From Amoebidium appalachense (lineage: Eukaryota; Protista; Ichthyosporea), in contig CAVNZM010000010.1 of NCBI GenBank assembly GCA_963693365.1, forward strand, positions 8,867,794-8,931,793: 64,000 nt of DNA. The letters are read 5' to 3'. The notes under the pieces were generated by a model. It was given only the letters and a program-made list of their open reading frames with translations. It was not told the DNA's origin and made no database searches. Positions 28,793-42,679 of the stretch are shown piece by piece; position 1 is the first letter of the stretch, and each line of letters begins with the position of its first letter. A program made the translations under genes and the position numbers.

Positions 28793-29283
28793 TAACACGT
28801 GGGTGGTGCCACGTGCCGGTGGTCACCTGCGCAGCAGGTAGTCATTTTGAATGTGGGGGATAGACGTTGGACGAGGTAGCCCATGTGGAGGCTCTAGAGG
28901 CGATTCTGCAATTTGTCAGGCATATATATGCACATGATTTGTGGATATTCGAATATCGTTGTGTATTGGCAGGATAATACTCAGTCGGAGCCGCACGAGC
29001 TCCAACTTCATTTTTGTTGGTAGCCATAACACATGCATGTGAGGCGATCTTTCGTAGGGGTAATGCATGTAGAGCATGATTGTATTTATGTGATTTCTTC
29101 GGCAGTAACACAACGGTTACCCTGATTCTGATGCTTGCACGTATATTTTGCACTAGGATTGTTGTGTACATGTGCCTCGAGTAGTACATACTTCAATTTG
29201 GTGAATAAACGGATGGTTTGATCCCGGCATGGGGCAAACTTTTACCGCTGACTGATAATCACAAATAAACGACCTCGGATAGA

Positions 29284-29331
<48 letters not shown>

Positions 29332-29672
29332 ACACACTTGGCCAACCACCCACCCACCCACACCCCCACCCCCACCCCCCGGAATAAAAATAAGAGAAAA
29401 GAAAAAAATAACACAAAAATCCCTAACAAGCGGGCTACGGTGCTAAAACATAATTATTAGCACTGTGGCCGGCTAGACTACGTGCCAAACACCTTGCTTC
29501 TATATGCACCAAAACTTGCATATTCAACACACCACATGTCAATGCATGTTGCGTATGTATATGTACATGAGAGACATGCCTGCTGCTACGTATGTATCCA
29601 CAACAAACGTCTCCGGGGTCTCCTCGACGAGTCCTCGTCCATGCCCTTTAAAATTTACTGGCGGTTGGCTCG

Positions 29673-30831
29673 TCATTTTAAGAACTTTAGCCCTAAGGTG
29701 GCCAGCCAGTTGTGCATGTAGCAGCTATAGCTACAGCATGGCTTCTTGCTCTGCCCGCCAGACTGAGTCTCGCTCCGCTCTGGGTCGTCCATGACCTTGT
29801 CGTGCATGCGCTTGACACTGTGCACCACCACAAGCCCCTCTCCGCTGTCTTCCTGTGCTTCCCGTTCACTCTCCTCGTCCTTACATGTCTGGTCGGCTGC
29901 CACGGACACTGATTTGTCCGACGGCGTGTTTGCCTCCTGCGTGTAGATGCCCTCAGTCTGTACATGTTCAGCCGCAGATACGGGTGATAGTATAATCACC
30001 ATTGTGATCGCGCAGCAGAGCGCTGCAGAAGTTAGCATGAGCGGGAGCAAAGAAACAGGAAGCTTTAAAAGGTGTGAGGCTCAGTGTGTGGGTGGGGTGG
30101 GGTGGGGTGAGAGTGAATGGGGTCCGGTAGGTTGTTCACTTGCACGCGTTTTCATAGGTCTAGAGGACAGTTGCAGGAATTTATGAGTAGTAAGCTACGG
30201 AAGGAAATGAAAAGGAACAGGTATGTGTGGTTGATATATAAGCACGGTGGGTGGGTGGCGGTTGGGATGGAGGGGAGGGAGGGGAGCAGCCTGAGGGTGT
30301 TATCGCATTACGTCCAAGACGTATTTGTCTTGAAACATGCAATTGCAAGACGAGTACTAATTTAAAAATTCGGTACCGTAGCATTATCATGATGATCAGA
30401 GCTACTGTATGTGTGTCATGATAACTTAAGGCTCTCGAGACCTCGCGCACGATTTGACACACCGTAGGTTAGGCGTAGCCGAGGCAGACATTTGCGTGCT
30501 AAGTGTGTGTGTAGCACTCACATGCTAGGGGCTGTAGGTCACAGGCCACTCATGCTAGGGGCTGTAGGTCACAGGCCACTCATGCTAGGGGCTGTAGGTC
30601 ACAGGCCACTCATGCTAGGGGCTGTAGGTCACAGGCCACTCATGCTAGGGGCTGTAGGTCACAGGCCACTCATGCTAGGGGCTGTAGGTCACAGGCCACT
30701 CATGCTAGGGGCTGTAGGTCACAGGCCAAGACTTTGCCTGCAACGCCACACCAGTACCCGATCCGGCAATCGGCAAAGAGTGCCCCAAGCTATTGCCAGA
30801 TTCAGTCTTCGATCTAATAAACATGCATGCA

Positions 30832-30867
<36 letters not shown>

Positions 30868-30880
30868 CAGCTCCTTTTTT

Positions 30881-30934
<54 letters not shown>

Positions 30935-31322
30935 GAAGGGGGGGAGAGGGGCGAGTGAGGGGGGGAGGGGGGGGGAGGGTGGGGGGGGAGAGGACTATAG
31001 ACTCTCCAGACTATAGCCACGTGCGTTTGTTGTTCGCCAGCGAGTGACTCAGTGCATATATATATACAGAACGGGGTGCAGTCTTGTGCCGTCTACTCAG
31101 TCTACTCACCGGTGCCCCAGGGGTCTCAACATCCGAATCGTCTTTAATATCCTCGTGCTTACTCTCGCTCGTCTCGGGAAGCTGCCCACCATGAAATTTG
31201 CCTGCGCTGTTCGGTTCTGTGTCGCTAGCGTTGGAGTCGGAGAACAAGGAAGACCCTCTTGTACATGCGCGCAGTCTCCTTGTTGGTAGATCTAGATCTA
31301 GAGGTGGAATGTGTGAGTTCAA
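29673..31322 (-). CDS. Possible spliced gene or pseudogene with acidic low-complexity exons; function unknown
   Basis: Exon-like ORFs at 31110-31320 (SDSNASDTEP..DDSDVETPGAP|gtgag) and 29673-29960 (tacag|TEGIYTQE..DEESEREAQEDSGEG). TATA-like sequence at ~31350. No clean start codon found. Confidence 0.3.
30521..30728. repeat. Perfect 30-bp tandem repeat, 7 copies
   Basis: catgctaggggctgtaggtcacaggccact repeats at an exact 30-bp period. Confidence 0.95.
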
Positions 31323-31363
31323 GTTATGGATGCATGAAATTTCAGCTCTATTTATAAAGGAGG

Positions 31364-31640
31364 GTGTCTAAGACTTTTTTATCACAGCACCAACATACGG
31401 CAGCCACGGTGGTAGACCAATGTGCATGGATAAACTGGATAGGAGGCAACGGTGACCCACCAGACCCCAAAGACATCAAGTGGGTCGAACGGGGATTCTG
31501 CCCACGATCGGTGGGCCCATTACTTGCAGCCACCGGCACCACCAACACCACCACACGGGCCATCTTAGGAAAAATCACAGTAGAGTTGCAGTCCTTTTTC
31601 TTTTCAAAAATTTGGCACCAACGGAACACAACACTCCCTC
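31364..31640 (+). mobile_element. Probable 3' fragment of a non-LTR (L1/Tx1-like) retrotransposon ORF2
   Basis: The open frame reads ..RGFCP.....ILGKITVELQSFFFSKIWHQRN. IWxxRN is typical of the ORF2 C-terminus. Single motif only. Confidence 0.4.
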
Positions 31641-32055
31641 CCACCCACCCCAAAATGCAAAAACACCACCATATACCCACCACCCGTAGAAAGAAAAGTA
31701 TGGCTCCCCAAAAACCCAAGACACACACAAATACACCCCCCACACACACCCGGCAAGCCTGTTCTGACTGCCGGAACACACACAGACCCAGTGTGCCCTG
31801 TAAAACCCACCTTTTAGTTCATAAAAACATCGCCACAACATACGTACAACAACACATAATGTTAGGCAGCAACCCCCCACCACCACCACCACCACACCCC
31901 ATCATCCACCCATACCCACCGTAAATACTATAGACAACACTTAGGACTTCCCAATACTGTAGATTGACCAATAATAGCCCTCGGTTAACGTTTATTGCTA
32001 GGTATTGAATGGAGGGGAGGACTGGAGCCTCCTGCCGGCATGGCTGGGGTAGTAG

Positions 32056-32566
32056 TGTTGGACATTGTGTTCATAGAAGCTAGTTCTAGTGCACATTGTT
32101 CCTTCTGTAAGTCAGAAATGATTGCATCTTGTGAGGCCAACCTCTGCTCCAGTAGTTGGACTAGTTGCTGCAACTGTAAGTTGTCAGACATAGTGTCGTG
32201 TATGATGGGTAACTAGTCTATGTGTTTTGTGCACTGAAAACGACAGTAGAAAAGTGTAAATCAAACGTTCTGCTTCCCATGTTTGTGACATGGGAGGCAC
32301 TGCTTTATATATTCGTTGGCCACCTCATGGTGGCCTCGTGTGCACCCTGGTGGTGGGCCATGTACAGCATGACCGAAAAAGAGAGCACAATGAAAACAAG
32401 TCGTTAAAGATATAAAAGTTAACTGTGCACGTTGAATGGCTAGTTAACTTGCACTAAAGCACACAAATAAACGTGTTTAACACACCAATTGCAGTTAAAC
32501 GTAAATCTTACTTCACACAACCAAAAATATTCTGAGAATATCCGGGAATAAAGCACACTACCACTC
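32056..32566 (-). mobile_element. Truncated LTR of the same copia family as 41729-47612
   Basis: Begins tgttggac and matches the first ~510 bp (plus orientation) of the 41729 LTR with a handful of substitutions, then breaks off into (TA)n. Confidence 0.95.
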
Positions 32567-32608
32567 ATGATATATATATGATATATAGTACGTCACATAG
32601 TATACTCA

Positions 32609-32649
<41 letters not shown>

Positions 32650-32776
32650 TAGGTAGGTATTAGAAGCAACAATTTGAACGTGGACATGATCTGACTCAAT
32701 AAATGCTGTGAAACTTGTGGAACTCGATGGAAAAACAGGTCCTCTCCCCCCCGAAACACATATGTCAACATTTAAT

Positions 32777-32852
<76 letters not shown>

Positions 32853-32961
32853 TAGGTATTATCTAACAATTTGAACGTGGACATGATATGACAATAAATG
32901 CTTTGAAACTTGTGAAACTCGATGGAAAAACAGGTCCTCCCCCCCCCCCCCCCCCCCCAAA

Positions 32962-33096
<135 letters not shown>

Positions 33097-33339
33097 CACA
33101 CCACCCAACCACCACCACCTCTCTCTCTCTCTCCCCCCCCCCCCCCCCCCCCCTCCTCTTCTCTCCCTTCCTCTCTCTCTCTCTCTCTCTCCTCCCCTCT
33201 CTACCCCTCGTTCTCTCTCTCTCATTAGATCTCGCGAACCCCCCCCCCCCCCCCCCCCCATCTCCCCCTCGTTCTCTTTCTCTAGCTTCTTGCGAACTTT
33301 CGCACGTGTGTGCGTGCATGTGCGCATGTAGGGAGGGAG

Positions 33340-33417
<78 letters not shown>

Positions 33418-34267
33418 GTGTGTGTGTGTGTGTGTATGTGTGGGTGGGGGAGGGGGTGTGTGTGGGGGGGGGGGGTCCCGGAATGTTCGCATGTGTGTGA
33501 CACCAGGGACTGATATGGACATTAAATCCACATAACGGATGTAACACACTGTGACACCGATCCGTTAGTTTTCTAGTTTTGCTGTAGATGTTGTTGTGCT
33601 ACAGGATGCTTTTACGACACACACATGGTAGAGCAGCACTGCTCGTGGGTTTTACTGTGTGGAATTTTGAAAATTTGTTTTTAATACCTCGTTGAGAAAT
33701 ACGAATCCGCATATGCCACTCAAAAACAAAAAGGAACGAAAGAACAGAAACTAACCAAAATAATTACGACACCTACAAAGTAACACTGCCATAAAACGAG
33801 CTTTCTGTCAGACAGCTACTCAACGCCTGACGCAACTATTCTAAAACCACACGCACGTGTTACGAACAACCCAAGCACACCCTATTTATTATTGGTCAAG
33901 ATCGAATCCGGTTCGATCGGATTAGCCATATAAGGTAACTGCAAGAAACAGGCGAGCTGCTACTACATATCTACTAAGAGTCGCGCCGATTGATTGCACC
34001 TGACGCCCCATGTTGCGATTCCCCCCCAAAAAAAAACAATTGCGATCAAACAACCGGTATGATCACTAATCGGATTGGATCGGATCTCCGATTCAGTTAA
34101 CGACAACACGTGATTCGCCTCCTATGCAGTCAAAAGAATTTCAAGTTCAACAAATTTCACAGTCATATCCATAAACGAACAACACACCTCTACTAGAGAT
34201 AAATCGAGAGCGGTGATACATCAGATGAGCGCAAGTTGTGAAATTCAGGAGATATACATTGGATAGT

Positions 34268-34671
34268 TCAGAGCTGGGGCTCAGGCGTGTAGCGGTGAAG
34301 GCCGCCGCCCTCCTCCAGATAGGCCTTGAGTTTGCCAATGGCTGCAGGGGGTTAAAAGTGAGAAAGAGAAATACTTGCATATACAAACACATGCACATGC
34401 ACACACACACAAATACAGACACACACACACACACACACAAATACAGACACACACACGCGCGCGCGCGCGCGCGTGCATGTGCATGCAAGCATAGAACAGT
34501 GCACTGCAACACACTCGTACACAGTCTTAACACACAAAACATGCACTTACGACACCGCCTACCCACACATAATGTTTTGCTTAGAATACCGAGTACAGAG
34601 ATTCACGAGTGTACACATTCGTTAACACAAGGGGAGATGCAATCTCCCCACTTTTTTTTTATTCCTAGCTG

Positions 34672-34716
<45 letters not shown>

Positions 34717-35356
34717 GCTCGCATGCGTGGTGTGTGCATATGTATATGTTTGGGGGGGGGGGGGGGGGGGGGGGGGGGAAGGGGGAGGAGGGGGGGAGGA
34801 AGGAAGGAATGAGCAAGTACAAGGAAGGATGAAGCCCATGAATACGGGGCTGGGCCTTAGGGGTCGACTCAGCAGCTCGGGGTGGTACTGTACGCCCACA
34901 TAGAAGGGGTGGCCTGCATGCACACATGTCAGCCATTTACCAAATCCCCCCCCCCCCCCCCCCCCAAAAAAAAAAAAAAAAAAAAAAAAAAACATAAACA
35001 CACATATTGCCCCCCCCCCCCCCCCCCCCCCCTCCTCCCTTGCTGAAACAACCACCACCACCACCAGCACCACCATCCCCCTCCCCAAAAAGCCTACCAC
35101 GTACATTATCCCTTCATCCAACCCCCCGCCCACACATTCAACGTCTTTCTACATCCTAGTTTCACTGTGCCTACACATTCACTACAAAATCCCATCACCC
35201 ATTACCCCTTCCCCCCTCTCCCCCCCCCCTCTCCCCCCCGCCCCCCCCCCTACACACACACACACACACAGACCCACCCTCACATACACACTCACTCCTC
35301 CCCCCTCCCCCCCCTCCCCCCCCCTCCCCCCCCCGCCGAGGAGCCCCCAAACACAA

Positions 35357-35441
<85 letters not shown>

Positions 35442-35442
35442 C

Positions 35443-35496
<54 letters not shown>

Positions 35497-35646
35497 TTCA
35501 GCTCCATAATCTCCATCCTGTTTCCAGTCTTGTCTCTGCCCACAAACTACATGCCGTGATCCTCCAAAGTGGGAACAAGCTCTGGGTTGACTTCGTAGCG
35601 GTGACGGTGGCGTTCCAAAACGTATTCTTGTTGCCGTACAGTTGGT
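34268..35646 (-). pseudogene. CTPS: CTP synthase 3' fragment (last three exons), disrupted
   Basis: QLYG..[1-nt frameshift ~35625]..[41 protein letters not shown] (TAG at 35547-35549), then [29 protein letters not shown] (34820-34915), then IGKLKAYLEEG..PQL*. No upstream CTPS exons seen. Confidence 0.88.
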
Positions 35647-35658
35647 CTGTGTGTGTGT

Positions 35659-35689
<31 letters not shown>

Positions 35690-35974
35690 GGGGGGGAATG
35701 GTGGGGTTATTATTAGGACTCTTTGCGCTGCTAAGAATGCCTCGAAGTATTGAGGGAGAACTATGTACTTAATGCGAGGGAAGCCGTCGTGGGATGGCTC
35801 ACTAAGTAAGTTACTCACATATGAGTTTCTAACATGTAACATTTTTTGGATGCTTTATGATCATATTCTAACGATGATGGGGATAATTAAAGTATTCGCC
35901 GGAGGAGGGGGGAGGGGGGAGGGGGGGGGGCATTTACTTTTATATGCACAACTGGGAAGCCCGTGCAGATACTG

Positions 35975-36017
<43 letters not shown>

Positions 36018-36573
36018 AAAAGATCTTGGAAAAAGCGAGCCGAACAGTGTGCTTGGTTTCCCGTACAAAAGGAAACCATACCATATTGTGTGCCTATTTT
36101 CCTCAAGTTATTCTGAAAAAGAGAGAGTGTGTGGGTTGTGGTATAAGCACGAGACTTGTCACATTGTGAGCGCAGATCTAGACGATGCACCTTTTTGTGC
36201 GTGCGGGCGGGTGTGCATATCTGTGGTTGTTGTTGTTGTGGTCTTTTTTTTGTTTTTTTTGGGTGTGGGGGGGGGGGGGGGGGGGAGGGGGGGGAGGTGA
36301 GGGCCCGGGGTGGTGGTGGTGGGGGGGGGGGGGGGGGGGGGGAGAAGGGGGACAGGGGAGAGGAGGGGGAGGGGGGTGTAAATAAACGAACCCCACAGTG
36401 AAGGAACCCTAGCACTATCTAGACTATACACAGTACACCCCGATTTGCCTGGTATCTTGTTAGCAAACCACCTCTGTACATGGAATCATAATCCCTGGTT
36501 CCGGGCACATACTATATGTTTAATGGTAGGGACGGTGCTGCTGGTGGTGCTGGTGGTGCTGGTGTTGGGGAGG

Positions 36574-36605
<32 letters not shown>

Positions 36606-37156
36606 AGTACGCAACCTCGGAGAGAAACAACGAGAGGTGTAAACTATTCGGCTGCAAAGGAAAAAAGAGTGATGGTGGACAGAGAGAGGGGGAGGAGGGG
36701 GGTGGGGGTCCGAATGGTAGGGGGAAGGAAGGGAGACGGGTTGGTTGAAGTTTTGGGGATCGAGAAAGGGTCGCTATAGCTGTCGGGTAATTATAGTGAT
36801 GCTGGTGATGGTAAATGTGGTGGCCCAGTGGTGGGGTCGGATGATGCAGGGGGAGGAGGGAGAGGTAACTCAACCCATTCTACCTTTATTTATGAAATAA
36901 TTAGGCCATCTAAACTATTTATGCTTGTAACCACGCATCTGTGCCAAGGCTTCTCTTCTATTCTTTTTGAAATAGAATATTGGAAGAAAAGAAGGTGCGA
37001 GATTACAGTGAGGTAATTGCATTTGAATATCAAAGAATGCATTAAATTTTCTTGGGCAACAATCTTGGGCAACAATTGTTGTTGTACAGTTTAATTAGTT
37101 AACTGACCGGCTACCTCACCGGGGAGGGGCTAAGGGAGGGGAAAAGTGTGGGGAAG

Positions 37157-37192
<36 letters not shown>

Positions 37193-37264
37193 AGGGCGGG
37201 GGAGGGCATCCGGTAGGGAGCCTCGGGGAGGGGAGGGGGACCTGGAATTTCATCCGGAGTCGAT

Positions 37265-37301
<37 letters not shown>

Positions 37302-37936
37302 GACTCCGAGTGGTCAAACTATGAAACGAACAACACAGATTCACCCAAAATCCAGGAGCCATAATCGTCGAACATTCGAACATACCTCATAAAGCAATTG
37401 AAACACGCACTTCTCCTGCCCGTTCCAAAGCTTCCTTCTGCCCCGTGCACATATGCGGACATATGCGCGTGAAATCTTGATAGGAGACTCCCTTTTACGC
37501 AATTGACAGCAACCAAGAGGCTCGGGGATGGGATTGGCGGGCTGTTGTTCCGTTCAAATCAGATTACATGGAATGTTAGCACCATATTTAGGTACAATAT
37601 TCATGCTTTAATTGGTTTAGCTGATCTCGCCGTTTTTGGAAAATTTGGAAAGTTCTTTGATTCGCTAATACAGGGATGACAGATGCCTTCGTAGATCCGC
37701 TCATCTGGTCATCTGCCGTGTATACGGGGATGTGCAGAGCGCGCAGCAAGGAGTATTAAAGAGGCATCAGGTCCCACCAGTAAGCAGAAAACAGCAACAA
37801 GTCAACATACAAACGGGTTTAAAGGCAGCTAAACCGCTGCAAACAGGTCTCAATAATCTTGCACAAGAGGCAATATTATATATCTAGTTCTACCTTACTG
37901 CACAAACACAAAACCAACACCACGCCAAAAGCCACC

Positions 37937-38560
37937 ATGGCGCCCCTCAACTTCCTCCTCTCCACCGCCCTTGCTGCCTGCGCTGCCGCTGCCAGTCTGC
38001 CCTTCCCCGAGCCAGGCAGTTTGGTTTGGGAGCTGTGTGCGACCCCTCTTTCTGGCCCGTGCGACCCAGCAACCCTCCTTAGTCGTCAACAGGAGGCCCC
38101 AAATCTGCGTCCCTTCGAGCGCCAACAACTGGAGGCCCAGCTCTCCATGTGCAGAACAATTCTGTCTCAGTGCAGCGATCCAAGCCGTTTGCTCGAGAGA
38201 CGCAGCGTCAATGACTTTAACCCAGCCTATGATGTCCTCTCTTGGTCTCCCTCTGACTCTACCTTGCTCGGGGCCTTGCAAGTGCCGCAGGATGAAAACC
38301 AGCAGAGCTCTGCAGGGGAGAAAAGAGTCGACTCCCTGCACACACGCAGTGCACGTGCATGGCCCAGCCACGTGCAGGCACGGCGCAACATCTTCAACGA
38401 CATTGGGGGGGCCTTCACCTCGGCCGCCGACAAAGTATCCGACGTTGCCACCGACGCAGTGCAGGAGATAGGCAAGGTGGTGCCTGGGGGGGATAGTTCG
38501 TCCGGTGGAGGTGGGGGCAGTGAGTCGGATGAGGATTTGGCTATCCTTGCACTCGCCTAG
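37937..38560 (+). CDS. Intronless secreted protein, possible propeptide precursor
   Basis: Perfect Kozak context GCCACCATGG. Signal peptide MAPLNFLLSTALAACAAAA. Four Cys in the mature N-terminal part, then dibasic RR/KR sites. Confidence 0.7.
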   Translation: MAPLNFLLSTALAACAAAASLPFPEPGSLVWELCATPLSGPCDPATLLSRQQEAPNLRPFERQQLEAQLSMCRTILSQCSDPSRLLERRSVNDFNPAYDVLSWSPSDSTLLGALQVPQDENQQSSAGEKRVDSLHTRSARAWPSHVQARRNIFNDIGGAFTSAADKVSDVATDAVQEIGKVVPGGDSSSGGGGGSESDEDLAILALA

Positions 38561-38645
38561 AATATTATGCCGTGTGCACATGTGTATTTAAATAGTTTAC
38601 AAACTGCTGGAGGTATTCGGCCGGAGGATATTCAATTTAGACGAT

Positions 38646-38752
<107 letters not shown>

Positions 38753-39189
38753 TGGTGGTGGTGGTGGTGGTGGTGGTGGGGGGGGGGGGGGGGAAGGGGG
38801 GAGGGAGGGAGGGGTAGGCTCATGATTCACAATAGGTTCATCATAAATTTTGTGGTTGTGTGCATACGGATCATGAGGTATTCTTTTGACTGACTCGGAC
38901 CTGAGACGTACAGTTTTCAGTTTCTTTTGTTTTCTACAATTTGCCATGTGCTTAGAGTCTCGAAGCTTAGAGTCTCAGGGTCAATAAAAGCATCAAAGCC
39001 TAATAGCGGGCAAAATGTCACTGACCACTAAGTCTTGTCAAAACAAATCGAGTAGCAGATACTGCATCCCCCCCCCCCCCCCCCCCCCCCCCACCTCACC
39101 CCCCCCCACCCCCATCCCCCTCCCCCCCCACCTCCTTCCCCACCCTTTCAACCCTTCTTACCTCAAAGCCACTTATAGGTCCTGTGCCC

Positions 39190-39221
<32 letters not shown>

Positions 39222-39630
39222 ACATCATTGGTTCATATTTATTCCTGTATTTTCAAAATTACTCAGGATTATATTTCTGGTAATTTATTTTTCTTAGTGG
39301 CAGCTGCAAGGGGGCCCGAGGAGGGTGCGTGTGTGTGGTGGTGGTGGTGGTGGTTTGGGGGGGGGGGTAACCTAGAGAAAATTTGAGAGAAGAATTGAGG
39401 GGGCTATCTAGCAAGACGAGGAGTCTGAATTCGAACATACACAAAATTTGAATGGAAAAAGGGGGAGGGGGAGGGGAGAGGGGCGGAGAGGGCGATAGAG
39501 TGGTTTTCGGAGGCTTAGGGTGTGTTGGTGGGTGTCGTGCGGGTGGAGATTTAGTGTGTGTGTGCAAGGGGGGGGGGGGGGGGGGAGGGGGGAGCCGTGC
39601 ATGCATGCGTATGAGCGTGCGTGCGTGTGC

Positions 39631-39680
<50 letters not shown>

Positions 39681-39692
39681 ACGCGCGCGCCC

Positions 39693-39844
<152 letters not shown>

Positions 39845-39991
39845 TTGTGTGTGTGCCTGTGTGTGTGTGTGTTTAACCAGGTCCTTTTATTTATTATTTT
39901 TCTCTCCCAAATAGTATACATTCTGTATATTGGAGGCTTGATTTTGAAAATGCAGTGAGGGGGGGAGGGGGTAGCAATCTTGGGGGCAAGG

Positions 39992-40441
39992 GAGGGGTCA
40001 ACCACACGAGCTGAATTATTCTGCTGGTAGCGGCGTAATTCTGCTGGTAGCAGCGTGATTCTGCTTTGGCTGCATGATTCTGCTTCGAGGGCATTAAATT
40101 CTGCTTCGAACAGTAATTCAACTTGATGGTCGGTTTTGTCGCCATCATCAAAAATGCTCACGTGCCTAGGAAAAGCCTCTTCCGCATTCCATTTGTTATG
40201 ATTGGCAGTAAGCGCATCAGCATTAGATCAAAAACGTACTGATTGGCTTAGAACGCTTCACGTGATGCCAAACGTTGCGCACGGTGCACTACATTCATAT
40301 GTATGGGAACGGAATTCCCTCGAACGCGTGGCTCTTGCGTCTAAATTTCTGCCCCAAGCACCAGCTGAGTAATTCTGCTGGTAGTAGCGTAATTCTGCTA
40401 CCACTACAGCAGAATAATTCAGCTCATGTGGTTGACCCCTC
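39992..40441. mobile_element. Non-autonomous DNA transposon (MITE), ~450 bp
   Basis: ~35-bp TIRs gaggggtcaaccacacgagctgaattattctgctg / cagcagaataattcagctcatgtggttgacccctc (one mismatch). Subterminal aattctgctggtag repeats. Flanking duplication AAGG (or CAAGGG if each end is 1 nt shorter). Confidence 0.85.
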
Positions 40442-40669
40442 AAGGGGGACCCACCACCCCCTTTGAATGGGGGATCTCTCCCTCCCACACAGGGAGCAGG
40501 GGGAGGGGGGGGGGGGGGGGGACTACCCCTCCGGCTGGCAGGGGGAGGACAGGGGGAGGGGAGGGGAGGGGAGGGAGGGAAGGGGGGGGGGGGGGGGGGG
40601 AGGGGCGAAGGGACCCACCACGCACCTGAGTTGGTGCCCCCTTCCCCTGCCCCCACCCCACCCCACCTT

Positions 40670-40700
<31 letters not shown>

Positions 40701-41294
40701 GAGGGGGGGGGGGGGGGGGGGGGGGGGTCCACTATTTTGGATATCATGATCCTTCTAGTACCATTATTTAGCAGCGGTTTACATGCATTCCCAAAAGAAA
40801 AAAATATTTAAGCTTAGGATTCCTTTACCTGATTCATCTGAAATTCAGGCAACACACTACGGGTACCCCCCCCCCCCCCCCCCACCTCTTTCCTTTGAAG
40901 GGGATGGGGTGGAAGGGGGGAGGGGGGGGGGGGGGGGGCAGTGTCTCCAGCTCCCCACAGCATGCATATACACACACACATATACACTTCACACGCATTT
41001 CACCCTTACCTACACTGTGACACATGTACCACACAAGCACACAAGGTGCACAAACCTGCGATGCGAACTTCCACATCATGACATGCAGTGTGAGATACAC
41101 TAGCCATAAAACTAACGGCAAAAAGCACACTGTGTATCTCACGTGTGAGCACGTAAGATATTTTGTGTATCTTGCGTCACACGAACAAACAGACTTTCTG
41201 GCTGGTAAGGGAAAGAAAGACACACACACTCTCACACACATCCACGCAGCACAAGTGCTATGGTGAACACACTTGTAGACACACGGTCAGACAG

Positions 41295-41389
<95 letters not shown>

Positions 41390-41728
41390 CATGGTCTGAC
41401 GTGCTCACTGAGTACATTCGTTCAAGGCGCACACAAATGCATCCACAACATGCAAACCCATCCGCCCTCCTTCTCTCTCCCTTTCCTTTTCTCTCTCACT
41501 CCCCATCTCCCCCCCCCATGCCCCCCCTCGAAAGTGAGTCTCTCTCCTTCTCACCCTCACCCCTTCCCCCCCCCCCCCCCCCCTTAACTCTTCTCTCTAG
41601 CCCATACAAGTGCATGCACGCGTCGCCAAAAACACACATACACGCAAGTGCACGCACATCCACATGTTTAAAAACATCCACCCACGCCGGCACAACATAC
41701 AGAGGTACATTCCCACACATACACACCC

Positions 41729-42494
41729 TGTTGGACATCGTGTTCATAGAAGCTAGTTCTAGTGCACGTTGTTCCTTCTGTAAGTCAGAAATGATTGCAT
41801 CTTGTGAGGCCAACCTCTGCTCCAGTAGTTGGACTAGTTGCTGCAACTGTAAGTTGTCAGACATAGTGTCGTGTATGATGGGTAACTTGTCTATGTGTTT
41901 TGTGCACTGAAAACGACAGTAGAAAAGTGTAAATCAAACGTTCTGCTTCCCATGTTTGTGACATGGGAGGCACTGCTTTATATAGTCGTTGGCCACCTCA
42001 TGGTGGCCTCGTGTGCACCCTGGTGGTGGGCCATGTACAGCATGGCCGAAAAGAGAGCACAATGAAAAACAAGTCGTTAAAGATATAAAAGTTAACTGTG
42101 CACGTTGAGTGGCTAGTTAACTTGCACTAAAGCACACAAATAAACGTGTTTAACACACCAATTGCAGTTAAACGTAAATCTTACTTCACACAACTAAAAA
42201 TATTCTGAGAATATCCGGGAATAAAGCACACTACCACTCTAAGAATAGAATCCTGTGGCAAATACAGACATGACATCATCTGAACCGGGAATATTAATTA
42301 ATGAGCACAATTAGCACGTTGCTAGTGAAGCTCGTCATTGGTACAGTTTTGGCTCAAACATATAACTACCATATATGAATATGACCGTAAACAAAAGCTC
42401 TATGCACTCGAGTGAGTGTTGAAACAATTATTCAATTGCTCAGAAACTTTCTCTAACAGACATTGCTAGCCGGGAGTACCAGTGTACTCCAACA
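41729..42494 (-). repeat. 3' LTR
   Basis: Direct repeat of 46847-47612. Preceded on the minus strand by the purine tract agtagggg (42495-42502). Confidence 0.97.
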
Positions 42495-42679
42495 CCCCTA
42501 CTCAATTGGATAATTGTGGTATGAATTAATGCAACTGAGCTCGAGTGCTTCAGGTGCACAAAATACAGACAATAAAGATTCCCCTACTCAATTTTAGTAT
42601 GGTACACGTAGTTGCACAGTCGGATGCAACTCTCTCCCCCCCCTGAAGTATGAGGGCGCAGTTGGTTGATGACGGGTGC

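Noticed and set aside
31985-32191. MSDNLQLQQ ORFs at 31985-32191 and 41496-41864 as independent genes
   Set aside because: They are the gag start contained in LTR copies, running into flanking DNA.
32600-32945. ~130-bp direct duplication between (TA)n tracts
   Set aside because: No TIR, TSD or coding feature; treated as local slippage or duplication.
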